DNA from: Leidyana gryllorum EB-2025a
Lineage: Eukaryota; Protista; Apicomplexa
Assembly: GCA_048772705.1 (NCBI GenBank)
Contig: JBLWGC010000025.1
Location: forward strand, 1 to 45,715
Length of the DNA stretch: 45,715 nucleotides
Direction: 5' to 3'
Below, one piece after another: positions 21,878 to 33,009 of this stretch. The stretch's first letter is position 1. Every line of letters starts with the position of its first letter. Both the position numbers and the translations under genes were made by a program. The notes beneath the pieces were generated by a model, which saw only the letters and a list, made by a program, of their open reading frames with translations, did not search any database and was not told the origin of the DNA.

Positions 21878-22099
21878 TATAACCGGGGGGTAGGTCCGGT
21901 GGGGATTGGTCTAGGTTCTGTCCTATCTGTTTGCCGTTCCTAAGCTGTAGCATAGTTAGATCTGTTGTTTCACTGTTCATGCACTCCGGTTCCAAAAAAG
22001 GTTCGTGTGTTTCGTGTCTGTTTGTTTACGTCTCCGTCTCCGGGTTTCCGGTCATGCCGGTCTGCCGGTGATGGTCTTCGGTTACACTCTTCCCCCTCT

Positions 22100-25000
22100 T
22101 CAGTTGTCCAGGTCACGGCCCTCCAACTCTTCTTGTGTGTAGGGGATTCTGGTGGTTGGTCTTGCATTAAATTCTCGTCGAAACTGCAGTACAAGATCCA
22201 TGGCGTCACCTTCTCGAATAACTGTGATCGGTTCCCACGTTGCCTGGCTGTCGGGGTACCCTCGCCACTTGATCTGCCATCTGTAACCGTTCGCCGTACG
22301 CCGTTCTCCAATCACTGACTCCATTTGATATACCGGTTCGGGTGAGCTGGGTGGGGTTCCAACGTATCGCTGCAGCCTGCTAACGTGAAAACGATTGTGT
22401 ACCTGCAGCTGTGGTGGGAGTTCTAACTGGTACACGTCTCCTGGAATACAGGCACTGACTCGGAATGGGCCAATTCGGCTAGGCGACAGCTTCGTCCTTC
22501 TGAGGCCTACCAACTGTTTAGTCAAGAGTAAGACGTAATCGCCTTCTGAGAAAACTTCCTCCCTCCGATGTTGGTCTGCGGCTCGCCTTTGTTGCTCCTG
22601 TGCGTGACGTATCCTATCAGTGATCTCTTGCAGTCGGCTGAGTTCGCTTTGAAAGCTTGGCGGGGTGTTATTTGGGTTTGGAGGCAGTGTTGCTTGCATG
22701 GGGCCTCTGAATGAATGTCCCGTGTCAGCCTCGTGAGGTGAGATGCCCGTTGATTCGTTGATTGTTGTATTCATGGCTATTTCAACCACGGGTATTAGAA
22801 TCGTCCATGAGTCGCCAAGTCCCTCGCACGTTGCCTTCAATATTTGAATGAGTGTCCGATGTGCACGCTCCAGTAGACCATTGGTCTGAGGATGGAATGC
22901 TGTACTGGGTTTCAGCCTTGTTCCCAGTTTGCTGAGCATCTCGTTCCACACCTCCGAGCACCAGCGCGAATCTCGATCGCATATGATGGACTCAGGGCAG
23001 CCGTGAGGGCGGATGAGGTGTTGTATGAGGATGTCCGCTGTCTCTCGAGCCGAAACAGTCCGATTGGTAGGAACCAAAATGACTCTCCGAGAAAATCTGT
23101 CTATAATCGTCATCAGACAGTCCTTGCCCGTTTCGCCGTCGGGTGGTAAACAGACCAGGTCTATGCTCACCTGCAACCATGGTCTTTCTGGGGGTGGGAT
23201 TGGATGGAGCAGTCCAGCTGCTCTTTGGTTGGTGGCCTTGATTCGTTGGCATGTATCACATGCCTTACAAAAGGCCCGTACGTCCTTCGCTATGTGTGGC
23301 CAGTAGAAATTGGCCATCACCCTTTTCAGCGTCCTCTCCGTTCCCATGTGTCCACTCAACCGAGATGAGTGGCACTCCTCGAGAATGCGTTTTCTGACCT
23401 CGTCGTCCGGTGGGATGATTATTCTGTCTTCTGAATCGTATATCAGTCCATTGTGTTTGACTTGATCTTCTGACGGGTTGAGCGGTCCGCTCAATCTCTG
23501 CAGTAGCAGCAAAAACTCGGCTTCCTGATTCTGGTATCGGGCAACGTTGCACAACCGCTCTGGGGGTCGACTCAACAGATCCGCCAAGTGGTTCTCGCTC
23601 CCCTTTATATAGTCAATCTTGCATGGATACTGGGAGATTTTAAGTAAGGTTCGAATGACCCTATCCGAGACGTTCTTTCCCTTGACCAGGGTAGCCAATG
23701 GCTTGTGGTCCGTGAATACCTTGAAGGGCTTTGTAAGAAGGTAATGTTTCCATTTTCGCAGAGCCATTTCTATCGCATAAAGCTCACGTTCGTGAACCGG
23801 CCATGCTCGTTGAGCGGTCGTCAGCTTACGGCTCATGAATTCGAGTGGTGTCCGTCCTTCCTCTGGCCACTGCTCCAGTGTGGCGCCAATTGCATCATTT
23901 GATGCATCAGTGGTCACCACTAAGGGGAGGGTTTTATCCATGTGCCCTAGTTTCCGTTCGTCGTCAAAGCATTCCGTCAAATGCTTCCATGCCATCAATA
24001 ATTCTGGTGTCCAGACAACTGCGTCCTTGGCTTTTTCACTCCCAGCTATCACAGTGTGGAACATTTTGACTTTGTCTGCAAACAGAGGTATGAATCGGGA
24101 GTAGTATCCCATAGCTCCAACCAAGGTACTGAGTTCCTTGACTGTTCTGGGTGGTGGGTGCTTGCGAAAGAAGTCCACTCGTGTCTGTGCAGGGTACACG
24201 CCTTCTGCTGTGACCCTATGTCCGGTGAAGTCCACCTCGGTCAGATAGAACTTCGATTTAGTCGGGTTTGGGTATAGTTGGTGCTTTCGTAGCCGATCGA
24301 GTACGGCTCTGAGATGCTCTGTGTGTTCCGCTTGACTGGTACTGTATACCAGCAAGTCGTCCACATATGCCACCACGAACTTTCCAATAAGTCCGTCTAG
24401 TACATCAGTCATCAAGGCGATGAATGCACAAGGAGCATTCTTAAGACCAAAGGGCATGACTGTGTACTGAAACTTGCCGAAAGGAGTAACGAAAGCCGTT
24501 AGCTCCTGGCTCTTTTCGTCAATTCGTATCTGCATGAACCCGGCCTTTAGGTCGATCTTGGAAAAGACCTTCGCGCCTCTCAAGACTGAGAGATTTTCCT
24601 CCGTCGTGGTAGTGGGGAAGGCGTAATTGACCGTTTGATCGTTCAAGCCTTTATAGTTTGTGACCATTCTTGGTACCGGCGTGTCAGCCTTCGGCACCAG
24701 GAAGCAAGGAGCTGACCAGTCGGACTTGGACTGAATCACCTTGCCTTCCTTCATTAGCTGGTGTACCTGCCGTCGTAATTCCTCCGTGTCTGCCTTCCCA
24801 CTGTACGGTCTGGCTGTATATGGGGTCGCATCGGGTTTGAGCTTGATCTCAAAATTATGAAAACCGCGGTCCGGTGGGTACGGTATCTCACTTCTAAACA
24901 AATCACTATATTCCTCCAATATCCACCGACCCTCTTCGTTATGCCTCGGTCCAGCGTTCCGTAACGTCACCTTGTTTGGTTTTGCTACCATTGCTTTCCT

Positions 25001-25450
25001 CGTTGGATCCAGAGTGATCCCTTCTGCTATCACCATGCGACCGTTGCCGTCCGTGCCCAGGACCAACGGGATCGCATGGATCAATGGGAGTCCAATGATG
25101 GCTTGGTAATGGCGATTCCTCACCACTGCGAATTCCGCCGGCCCATAGCGGCCGTGGGTCGTGACCAGGCATGCGTCGACCAGTCCTTCACATCGCGCTG
25201 ATCCCATGCCTTCAATCTGACCTGTTGTCGAATCTTTGACCTTCAGCTCCAGTGCGTGAGCCAACGCGGGGGTCATAATGTTCAGTTCGGCGCCCGAGTC
25301 GATGAGTACATTCACCCGGTGTCCGGTTTTGCTATGCGAATTTGTGACCTCCCACTCTACCGTAGCCGTCCACCCGATGTGCTGGCCTGTGTCCGTTGCT
25401 ATTGCTGTAAAACAAGTTCGTGGCCCGCCGGGGGCCTCTATCAAAAATCC
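22100..25450 (-). CDS. pol: H Pol (PR-RT-RH-IN-chromodomain)
   Basis: 1114-aa open frame with LIDSGA, YVDD, TDAS, DDE, GPF and WQIKWRGY..TWEP. Confidence 0.95.
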   Translation of the reverse strand, partial: GFLIEAPGGPRTCFTAIATDTGQHIGWTATVEWEVTNSHSKTGHRVNVLIDSGAELNIMTPALAHALELKVKDSTTGQIEGMGSARCEGLVDACLVTTHGRYGPAEFAVVRNRHYQAIIGLPLIHAIPLVLGTDGNGRMVIAEGITLDPTRKAMVAKPNKVTLRNAGPRHNEEGRWILEEYSDLFRSEIPYPPDRGFHNFEIKLKPDATPYTARPYSGKADTEELRRQVHQLMKEGKVIQSKSDWSAPCFLVPKADTPVPRMVTNYKGLNDQTVNYAFPTTTTEENLSVLRGAKVFSKIDLKAGFMQIRIDEKSQELTAFVTPFGKFQYTVMPFGLKNAPCAFIALMTDVLDGLIGKFVVAYVDDLLVYSTSQAEHTEHLRAVLDRLRKHQLYPNPTKSKFYLTEVDFTGHRVTAEGVYPAQTRVDFFRKHPPPRTVKELSTLVGAMGYYSRFIPLFADKVKMFHTVIAGSEKAKDAVVWTPELLMAWKHLTECFDDERKLGHMDKTLPLVVTTDASNDAIGATLEQWPEEGRTPLEFMSRKLTTAQRAWPVHERELYAIEMALRKWKHYLLTKPFKVFTDHKPLATLVKGKNVSDRVIRTLLKISQYPCKIDYIKGSENHLADLLSRPPERLCNVARYQNQEAEFLLLLQRLSGPLNPSEDQVKHNGLIYDSEDRIIIPPDDEVRKRILEECHSSRLSGHMGTERTLKRVMANFYWPHIAKDVRAFCKACDTCQRIKATNQRAAGLLHPIPPPERPWLQVSIDLVCLPPDGETGKDCLMTIIDRFSRRVILVPTNRTVSARETADILIQHLIRPHGCPESIICDRDSRWCSEVWNEMLSKLGTRLKPSTAFHPQTNGLLERAHRTLIQILKATCEGLGDSWTILIPVVEIAMNTTINESTGISPHEADTGHSFRGPMQATLPPNPNNTPPSFQSELSRLQEITDRIRHAQEQQRRAADQHRREEVFSEGDYVLLLTKQLVGLRRTKLSPSRIGPFRVSACIPGDVYQLELPPQLQVHNRFHVSRLQRYVGTPPSSPEPVYQMESVIGERRTANGYRWQIKWRGYPDSQATWEPITVIREGDAMDLVLQFRREFNARPTTRIPYTQEELEGRDLDN

Positions 25451-26463
25451 GACTCGACTTCATCCGCTTCTTCCGTCATCTCGGTGTCCGCTAGGTGTAC
25501 CGTGGCCGCCTGGAAAGCCCTGGCCTTGCCTCCTTGTCTGATCTGTTGTGGTCCTGATCCCCGCTTCGGACACTTGGCCGAGATGTGCCCACCTTGGCCA
25601 CATATGTAGCAGAGGTTGTTCCTGCTACAATACTCCCGCGTATGGGGATTCTGCAGGCCCACTCCTCGTTTGGTAGCCACCAATACCCTCTGCGTTTGAG
25701 GGGGGTCCTCCGGACACAGTGTTAGCACCAGTGCGACCGCTGCCGTCACTGTCTTCGGGTTCCGTCCTCGGATTGCCAGTTGTTCCGCCTTGGGGAGCCG
25801 CCCGAGGAAGAGATCCACAAGATCGGGTTCGGGAATGCTGCGGATCATACGGCGTGCCTGTCGGAAGGCCAAGGCGAATTGGCGAAGTCGTCCATTTTCC
25901 ACGCGTAGTTCAACAAGCCTTGCTAAGCTCCCACGTTTGTCGGACTCGAATTCGCTAACTACCAGCCTTCTGAAGTGCTCCCAGTCGACCCTTCGGATGT
26001 CCTCCAAGGTCGCATTCGCCCATGCAGAGGCGCCTCCGCGGAACGTTCCGCATGCCACAGCTGGCCAGTGCGCCTTCGGCAGAGCTGCATTGCGAAAACA
26101 ATTCTCCAGCGTATCCAGGTGAAGATTCGGATCCGTGTCGCCATCGAACGGGCCCGCCACTTGCACTGTGGTCCGTATCCAGCTCATCACCCGCAACGCC
26201 ATGTCCATTCCGCTGTGTAATTCTCCGTTTGTGGTCTTCCCGTGATCTGTTTGCTTCGCGATCGTCTTCGAAGCGTCGTCTGATAGGGATTCCACCGCCG
26301 TTTCAGGGTCATCGTGCAAGTTTTTGTCCTCCGTCAGATCATTTGCCGCACTGCTACCAGTATAACCGGGGGGTAGGTCCGGTGGGGATTGGTCTAGGTT
26401 CTGTCCTATCTGTTTGCCGTTCCTAAGCTGTAGCATAGTTAGATCTGTTGTTTCACTGTTCAT
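25441..26463 (-). CDS. gag: H Gag
   Basis: CYICGQGGHISAKC knuckle. ATG at 26463 or 26436, both inside the LTR. Confidence 0.92.
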   Translation of the reverse strand: MNSETTDLTMLQLRNGKQIGQNLDQSPPDLPPGYTGSSAANDLTEDKNLHDDPETAVESLSDDASKTIAKQTDHGKTTNGELHSGMDMALRVMSWIRTTVQVAGPFDGDTDPNLHLDTLENCFRNAALPKAHWPAVACGTFRGGASAWANATLEDIRRVDWEHFRRLVVSEFESDKRGSLARLVELRVENGRLRQFALAFRQARRMIRSIPEPDLVDLFLGRLPKAEQLAIRGRNPKTVTAAVALVLTLCPEDPPQTQRVLVATKRGVGLQNPHTREYCSRNNLCYICGQGGHISAKCPKRGSGPQQIRQGGKARAFQAATVHLADTEMTEEADEVESDF

Positions 26464-26574
26464 GCACTCCGGTTCCAAAAAAGGTTCGTGTGTTTCGTGT
26501 CTGTTTGTTTACGTCTCCGTCTCCGGGTTTCCGGTCATGCCGGTCTGCCGGTGATGGTCTTCGGTTACACAGAT

Positions 26575-27452
26575 TGATGACGGAGCAGGAGCTGGAAGGA
26601 TGGACGGAACAGGACACGGCAGACGTCACATCGCCGACGGCGCACAGAGCAACGAAGAATCAGAAAGTCGACAACGGAATAGCACCAGACCACACGACGA
26701 AGGTGATGGGGTGGATACGCAGCGTAGTACAGGTCGCAGGACCGTACGACGGAACATCGGAACCTAGAACTCACCTGGATACCCTAGAAAATTGCTTCAG
26801 AACGACAGCCTTACCATATAGCGCGTGGGTCAAAGTGGCGTGTGGAACCTTCAGAGGTGAAGCCTCGGCATGGGCCAACACGTGCCACGAAAACCTCAAA
26901 AACAGGACATGGGACCAGTTCAGACAGATCGTACAACAGGAGTTCGAAACAGATAAACGAGGACAACTCACGAAGCTAGCGATGCTTAACGCGCAACCAG
27001 GCAGGATCCGCCAATTTGCCATGATGTTCAGGCAACATAGAAGAGGAATAAGCGGCATAGCCGAGAGCGAGTTGGTGGAATTGTTCTTGTCAAGGCTGCC
27101 GCGAGCGGAGCAATTGGCCATCAGGGGACGCGCGCCCAGATCGGTGACCGAGGCAGTGAGTCTCGCACTCACCATGTGCGTGGACAACACGGATCAGACA
27201 CCAGGAGCCCGCTGTCTCACAGCTGGAAGACGAGGAGTGGGACCGAAGAATCCTCACTCCCGCGAACACTGCGAAAAGAACCGATTATGTTACATTTGCG
27301 GGGGCGATGGCCACATGTCCACGCAATGCCCAGAACGCCGGACCATGAACAAACCTCGAGGCAGAACACACCAAGTGGGGCGTAAGGCGTTTCCCGCAGA
27401 AACACAACAAACAGCAACGATGGAATCCGACGGATCAGACGGGGATTTTTGA
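26575..27452 (+). pseudogene. gag: I Gag main part
   Basis: Homologous to H and E Gag (HLDTLENCFR, ACGTFRG) with a CCHC knuckle. Ends GDF*. Confidence 0.9.
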
Positions 27453-30400
27453 CCCACCCCCTCCCCGCTCAAGAACAGCAGGCAGCAGCGACAGCTGGAG
27501 GGGGGTACGGATGTTTCAGAGCCTTACGAGCGCATGATGCACGCCAGGTAGGATGGACAGCGGCCGTGCATTGGCAGATCGGCAACACGGACACGAGAGA
27601 ATTCACAACGGCATCCGTCCTAGTAGACTCGGGAGCGGAACTGAACCTTATGACACCGGAAGTAGCGACGACACTGCGTCTGAGAACCCGTGAGCCGAAG
27701 GACGAGATGATACACGGAATGGGTACGGCAACATGTACCGGAGATGCAACCGCGGTGGTACGCACACCATCGAATGAGTACGGACCGATGGACTTTGCCA
27801 TCGTCCAGAACAGACATTATGAGGTCATACTGGGCCTCCCCGCCATCCATGGAATGTCTTTGGTATTAGGTACCAACGGAGCCGGAAACATAGTGATAGC
27901 AGAGGGGATGACGCTCAGGGATCGGAATTTGATACTCTCCGCCCAAACCAATCCCGTCAACGTGCGGAAAGTGAAATGCACAAGTGGAGACGAAGGGTGG
28001 ATCGAGGAACGGTTTGGCCATCTCTTCAGGGATAGCCTACCCCTACCCCCCGACAGGGGATTCCACAATTTCCAGATACATCTCAAGGAAGGGGCCACCC
28101 CCTGTGCCAGACGACCGTACACCAACAGGGGAAACGAGGCAGAATTGAGACGACAGGTAGCCGAGCTCCTATCCACGCGAAAAATAGAAAAATCGAAATC
28201 TCCGTGGTCCGCCCCCTGTTTTCTGGTGCCCAAGCAGGGCACGCAAGAACTTCGAATGGTAGTCAACTTCCGCGATTTGAACGAGGCGACTGAGAACTAC
28301 GCCTACCCAACTGCGACCACCGAAGAGAACCTCTCCGTCCTCCGCGGAGCCACCGTATTCTCCAAAATCGATCTCCGCCAAGGGTTCCACCAAATTCAGA
28401 TAGAACCTCGAAGCCGACCACTGACGTCATTCGTTACCCCCTTTGGAAAATATCAGTACAAAGTGATGCCTTTCGGCCTTCGGAACGCCCCATGCGCGTT
28501 CATAGCACTTATGACGGACGTTTTGGACGGGTACATTGGCGAATTCGTGGTCGCCTACGTAGACGACCTACTGATATTCAGCGACACTCGCGAAAACCAT
28601 CGGATACATTTGGAGAAAGTACTAGAACGATTGGACCAGCACAAACTGTTCCCGAATCCGGACAAATCAGCGTTCTTCCTATCGGAAGTCACGTTCACCG
28701 GCCACAGGATTTCAGCCACCGGCATTTACCCCATGGAGACAAAGATAGCCTACTTTAGGAACCTACCACCTCCAGACATCGTCAAGAGACTTAAAGCAGA
28801 AGTATGCGCCATGAACTTCTACGCGCGATTCATACCAAGCTTCGCCGAGAAAGTCAAACCGTTCCATCACATAGCGGCAAAAGCCGCCAAGCCAACAGAC
28901 AGGGTGGACTGGAACGAGGAGCTGAGAACGAAGTGGGCCGACCTGACAAAAGCCTTCAACGATGAGACAAAACTGGGATTGATGAACCCGGAACTACCCC
29001 TCATAGTGACCACAGATGCTTCGAATCACGCCATTGGCGCCACCTTAGAACAAGTTCAAGACGGCCAGAGGCTCCCTCTGGAATTTATGAGCCAAGCTCT
29101 CACGCCCACGCAACAGGCATGGCCTGTACACGAGAGAGAACTTCTGGCGATCGAGCGGGCGCTCAACCGATGGAAACATTTCTTGCTCACGAGAGAGTTT
29201 CAAGTGTTAACCGATCACAAGCCGTTGGCCACACTTGCCAGAACTCGCAATGTATCCGACAGGGTCATTCGCACGCTCATCAAAATCTCACAGTATCCAG
29301 CGCGCATCGATTACATCAGGGGCCAGGACAACCACCTGGCGGACCTTCTCAGTCGCCCTCCCGAACGACGGTGTCATGCAGCAATACCGGACTCAGCAAG
29401 CAGTTTCTTACTATTGATGAAGCGACTCAGTGCGAATATGGAACCCCAGGAAGGACAGGTGAAGCACGCGGGACTGATTTACGATGATGAGGGACGAGTG
29501 ATCGTACCCCCGGACCGTGAGTTAAGGTTGAAAATATTGGAGGAGGCCCACGCATCACTCCTAGGCGGGCACATGGGAAGCGAACGAACCCTAAAACGGG
29601 TCGTCAGCAATTTCACATGGACAGGACTGAGCTCAGACGTCAGGGAGTATTGTTCCAAATGCGATATCTGCCAAAAGACCAAAACCAGCAATCAACGACC
29701 ACTCGGCCTGCTCCATCCCATTGACCCACCCGACCGCCCATGGCAAGAGGTGAGCATAGACTTGCTATCCCTCCCAAAGGACGAGACGTCGGGAATGGAC
29801 TGTATATTCACCATCATAGATCGACTCACGCGAAGGGTCATATTGATCCCGTGCACGAAAGACATATCAGCCGCAGACACTGCGAAGCTTCTCATTCAGC
29901 ATTTGGTCCGACCTCACGGATGCCCACTGATCATAATCTCAGACCGGGACTCACGGTGGCTGTCCGAGGTGTGGGAAGGAATGCTCGACGGCTTAGGAAC
30001 CAAGCTCCGCCCCAGTACCGCCTTCCACCCACAGACCAACGGAATGGTGGAACGGGCACATCGGTCGGTGATACAGCTACTCCGAGCAGCATGCCAGGGC
30101 CTGGAGGAACAGTGGACTGACATCTTACCAGTCATAGAAATGGCACTCAACTCCACCGTCAACCACTCCACTGGCATATCACCCCACGAAGCCGAAACGG
30201 GAGAAATACTACGGACCCCCCTCACACTAGCAGTACCACCACCTCCCAACACAGCGAACGGAATGCCACTCCTCCAATTTGAGCGACTCCAGGAGATCAA
30301 AGACCGTATCACGGCGGCACAGACTCAGCAGAAACAGGCGGCCGACCAAAGGAGGTCCGTTGGAAACTTCGAGGTTGGGGATACAGTCCTACTCAGCACC

Positions 30401-30835
30401 AAACACCTACGAGGACTTAAGTGCACAAAACTGGGGGCTCGGAGAATCGGACCCTTCAGAGTGAAAGCCAAAATCCCGGGCGACGTGTATGAGCTTGAAT
30501 TACCACCGAACCTCAAGATACACAACCGATTCCACATCAGCAAACTCACCAGGTACCACGGAACCCCCAGCGCACAGCACGCACCGATCTACATTATGGA
30601 ATCAGTCATCGGAGAGAGAACAACAGAGAGCGGACTCGAGTGGCTGGTCAAATGGGACGGATACAGCAGAGAACAAGCTACGTGGGAACCATGGACAGTG
30701 CTGAACGAAGGAGATGCAACGGATCTTATCCTAGCTTTCAGAGCGGACTACAATGCGCGACCGGGAACAAGAACTCCGTACACCGAAGCCGAACTCCGCG
30801 GAGCCGACCTCAATTTTAGGGGGGGAGGAGTGTAA
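27443..30835 (+). CDS. pol: I Pol (PR-RT-RH-IN-chromodomain)
   Basis: 1128-aa open frame with all the Pol motifs. Ends GGGV* in the LTR. Confidence 0.95.
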   Translation, partial: GFLTHPLPAQEQQAAATAGGGYGCFRALRAHDARQVGWTAAVHWQIGNTDTREFTTASVLVDSGAELNLMTPEVATTLRLRTREPKDEMIHGMGTATCTGDATAVVRTPSNEYGPMDFAIVQNRHYEVILGLPAIHGMSLVLGTNGAGNIVIAEGMTLRDRNLILSAQTNPVNVRKVKCTSGDEGWIEERFGHLFRDSLPLPPDRGFHNFQIHLKEGATPCARRPYTNRGNEAELRRQVAELLSTRKIEKSKSPWSAPCFLVPKQGTQELRMVVNFRDLNEATENYAYPTATTEENLSVLRGATVFSKIDLRQGFHQIQIEPRSRPLTSFVTPFGKYQYKVMPFGLRNAPCAFIALMTDVLDGYIGEFVVAYVDDLLIFSDTRENHRIHLEKVLERLDQHKLFPNPDKSAFFLSEVTFTGHRISATGIYPMETKIAYFRNLPPPDIVKRLKAEVCAMNFYARFIPSFAEKVKPFHHIAAKAAKPTDRVDWNEELRTKWADLTKAFNDETKLGLMNPELPLIVTTDASNHAIGATLEQVQDGQRLPLEFMSQALTPTQQAWPVHERELLAIERALNRWKHFLLTREFQVLTDHKPLATLARTRNVSDRVIRTLIKISQYPARIDYIRGQDNHLADLLSRPPERRCHAAIPDSASSFLLLMKRLSANMEPQEGQVKHAGLIYDDEGRVIVPPDRELRLKILEEAHASLLGGHMGSERTLKRVVSNFTWTGLSSDVREYCSKCDICQKTKTSNQRPLGLLHPIDPPDRPWQEVSIDLLSLPKDETSGMDCIFTIIDRLTRRVILIPCTKDISAADTAKLLIQHLVRPHGCPLIIISDRDSRWLSEVWEGMLDGLGTKLRPSTAFHPQTNGMVERAHRSVIQLLRAACQGLEEQWTDILPVIEMALNSTVNHSTGISPHEAETGEILRTPLTLAVPPPPNTANGMPLLQFERLQEIKDRITAAQTQQKQAADQRRSVGNFEVGDTVLLSTKHLRGLKCTKLGARRIGPFRVKAKIPGDVYELELPPNLKIHNRFHISKLTRYHGTPSAQHAPIYIMESVIGERTTESGLEWLVKWDGYSREQATWEPWTVLNEGDATDLILAFRADYNARPGTRTPYTEAELRGADLNFRGGGV

Positions 30836-31021
30836 GGTGAACATCTATCACCGGCGACCCGGAGGCCGGCCGGCACGTGGACCCGGAGACGGAGACAGGG
30901 AGAGTACAAACACGCACGTGTTTCAGTATTAGTTTTTTCGAGTGACTTACCTGCACAATGAACAACGAACTACAAAACCAGTCCATTAGCTCGGGACCAG
31001 CAGCGGAGAAGGCGGGTTACA

Positions 31022-31804
31022 ATGCTCCCGAGTATACGGATTCTTCGGCCCCACTCCCCGTTTCTCCACGACCATAGCTCGTCCAACCTCCTGATCCCTC
31101 GGGCACATTGTCAAGGTAAGTGACACTGCTTCCGCCAGCGTGGTGGGGGCCCTGCCGCGGATTGCCATTTGCTCCATTCGTGGGAGTTTGCTGAGGTACA
31201 GTTCGATCAGATCTGGCTCTGGGATTGCTGTAATGCCCCGCCGATGCTGACGAAATGCCATGGCGAAGGCTCTGATGCGTCCGTTCTGGGGGGCCAGGGT
31301 AGCCAGTTTGGCGAGAGAGCCGCGTTTGTCGGTTTCGAATTCGCCGATGACCAGTTCCCTGAAGCTGTGCCACGTCATTCTGCGAATGTCCTGCCGAACC
31401 GCGTTGGCCCAGGCGGACGCCTCGCCTCGTAACGTGCCACAGGCCACTGTTGGCCAGTGCTGCTCGGGTAGGAGCGAGTTCCGGAAACAGTTTTCAAGCG
31501 TGTCCAAGTGGAGTCTGGGCTCGGTTCTGCCCTCGTAGGGCCCTGCCACCTGGATGGCCGTCCGTATCCAGGTCATGATACGTGATACCTGGTCAATGTC
31601 GCTGTGCTCTGACCCCTTGGCGTAAGTCACGTTGTCAACCTGCTTGTGCTTGGTGAAGCTAGGCTCGCCGGTTGTCGAAGGTTCTTTCTGGTCTTCTATG
31701 ACCTTGGGTGATCCGTCGTTGTCCGACGCACTGCTACCAGTATAACCTGGCGGTCCGTTCTCGTTGCCATCGAGATTGGTAAGTGATCTGCTACGTAATT
31801 CCAT
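31022..31804 (-). pseudogene. gag: E Gag N-terminal part
   Basis: MELRSRS..GYTGSS.., homologous to H and I Gag. Confidence 0.9.
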
Positions 31805-33009
31805 GTTTCTTAGGTGTGTGTTGTTCGTGTTCCCCCCGCGTCTCCGTGCCGGTGCCGGCCGGCATTGGAGACACAGAGATGCTGGTAAGCTGGACTAGTT
31901 TGCCTGTAACCTTTGGTTCGGCGTTTCGGTCGGCTTCGATGGCTGTTGTGACTGCTGTTTGCTTTTGGATTATGTGGTTTATGTGCTTGTTTATCGCTGC
32001 ATTGTACTGTGTTTGCGTGTTCGCGAATGTTTAGCTTTCAATTCTCTACACGTTCCGGTTGCTGTAGCGTGCGCAAGTAAGGTCTGATGTGGTGTGTATT
32101 GTGCTAATAAAAGACTGTGACGATATAGTTGTGTTGCTTAGTATGTTGACAGGTATCGTGCTTGTTATGTATTGATTTGTGAGACTATATGAGCTGGAGA
32201 TGCATGATTGTATGAGTGTATGGCGTGTATTTTGGTAACTGTGCTGTGATGTGTAGTATGCTCAGTTTGCTAAAGTGAATGTGGAGCAACTTGGAAGGTT
32301 ATGTGTGAGTGATATTGGTTTAGATGGTTTGCCTGTTAGGCTGTGAGGGGTCTAGAGTGAGTCAGCGATTCGCTCGTTGATTGAGGAGTATTTGTAGACG
32401 TATAAAAGCTTGTAATGCTAGATATAGGGGGATCAATGAGATTCAGTTGAATTGAGAGTGTTGAGAAGAATGTCATGAGTCCAATGCGTATCGTGGATAT
32501 TATTTATCGGAGTGAATGGGAATTTGTAAGAATATGGGGATGGAGTCAAGTTATGCATAGGATTTGAGTGTTGATTCGGACGACATGAATTTGGCTAATG
32601 ATAGGTAGGTTAATAGGAGTATATTGACAATTGTGATGTAGTTCAAGGTGTGGTAAGAGGGTGGTGGTCAGTTGTTTGCTATAAAACATTGAGAGAGTGT
32701 ATATATGCTAAGAGTTATGAGTATTCGAATTGTTAGTGTACGAGCGGGATGATAAGGCTCATATGTAAGTTGAGTAATAGTGTGCGTGAAGAAGTATTGA
32801 TGGGGTGTGGGGAGCGCCCTTGTCGCTTCGCTCGGGCGCTTCCCCGTACCCATTGTTTCTGTGAGATTTATTTATTGATGGAATAGTTAGCAACCTATCG
32901 TGAATGTGATAAGCAGAACGGACCAATTGCATCAATCTTGCGTGCAATTGCTCTGGAACGATATGTACGAGTTCAAACGACTTGTAGAGAAGTGTCATTT
33001 AAGTACCTA

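Larger units (their letters stand above)
21878..26569 (-). mobile_element. Full-length, apparently intact chromovirus, family H (4692 bp)
   Basis: 209-bp LTRs at 21878-22086 and 26361-26569 with TG..TA ends. TSD CAGAT. PBS at 26347-26359. Confidence 0.96.
21645..31021 (+). mobile_element. Chromovirus family I (gag interrupted by H)
   Basis: 191-bp LTRs at 21645-21835 and 30831-31021, TSD ATGCT, PBS at 21837. Confidence 0.96.
17251..31894 (-). mobile_element. Chromovirus family E, host to F, G, I and H; 5' LTR truncated
   Basis: 3' LTR at 17251-17475 (225 bp). The 5' LTR matches it from 31741 to ~31896 and is then replaced. PBS at 31727-31739. Confidence 0.92.

Noticed and set aside
5145-31026. 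Sequence-specific target site
   Set aside because: The TSDs (CCGTC, CCGAA, GTAAG, GCGGG, GGGGG, ATGCT, CAGAT) share no consensus.
31895-32800. Missing helicase C-terminus or Helentron endonuclease in the duplicated unit
   Set aside because: No long ORF or recognisable motif by eye. A frameshift-aware translated search would be needed.
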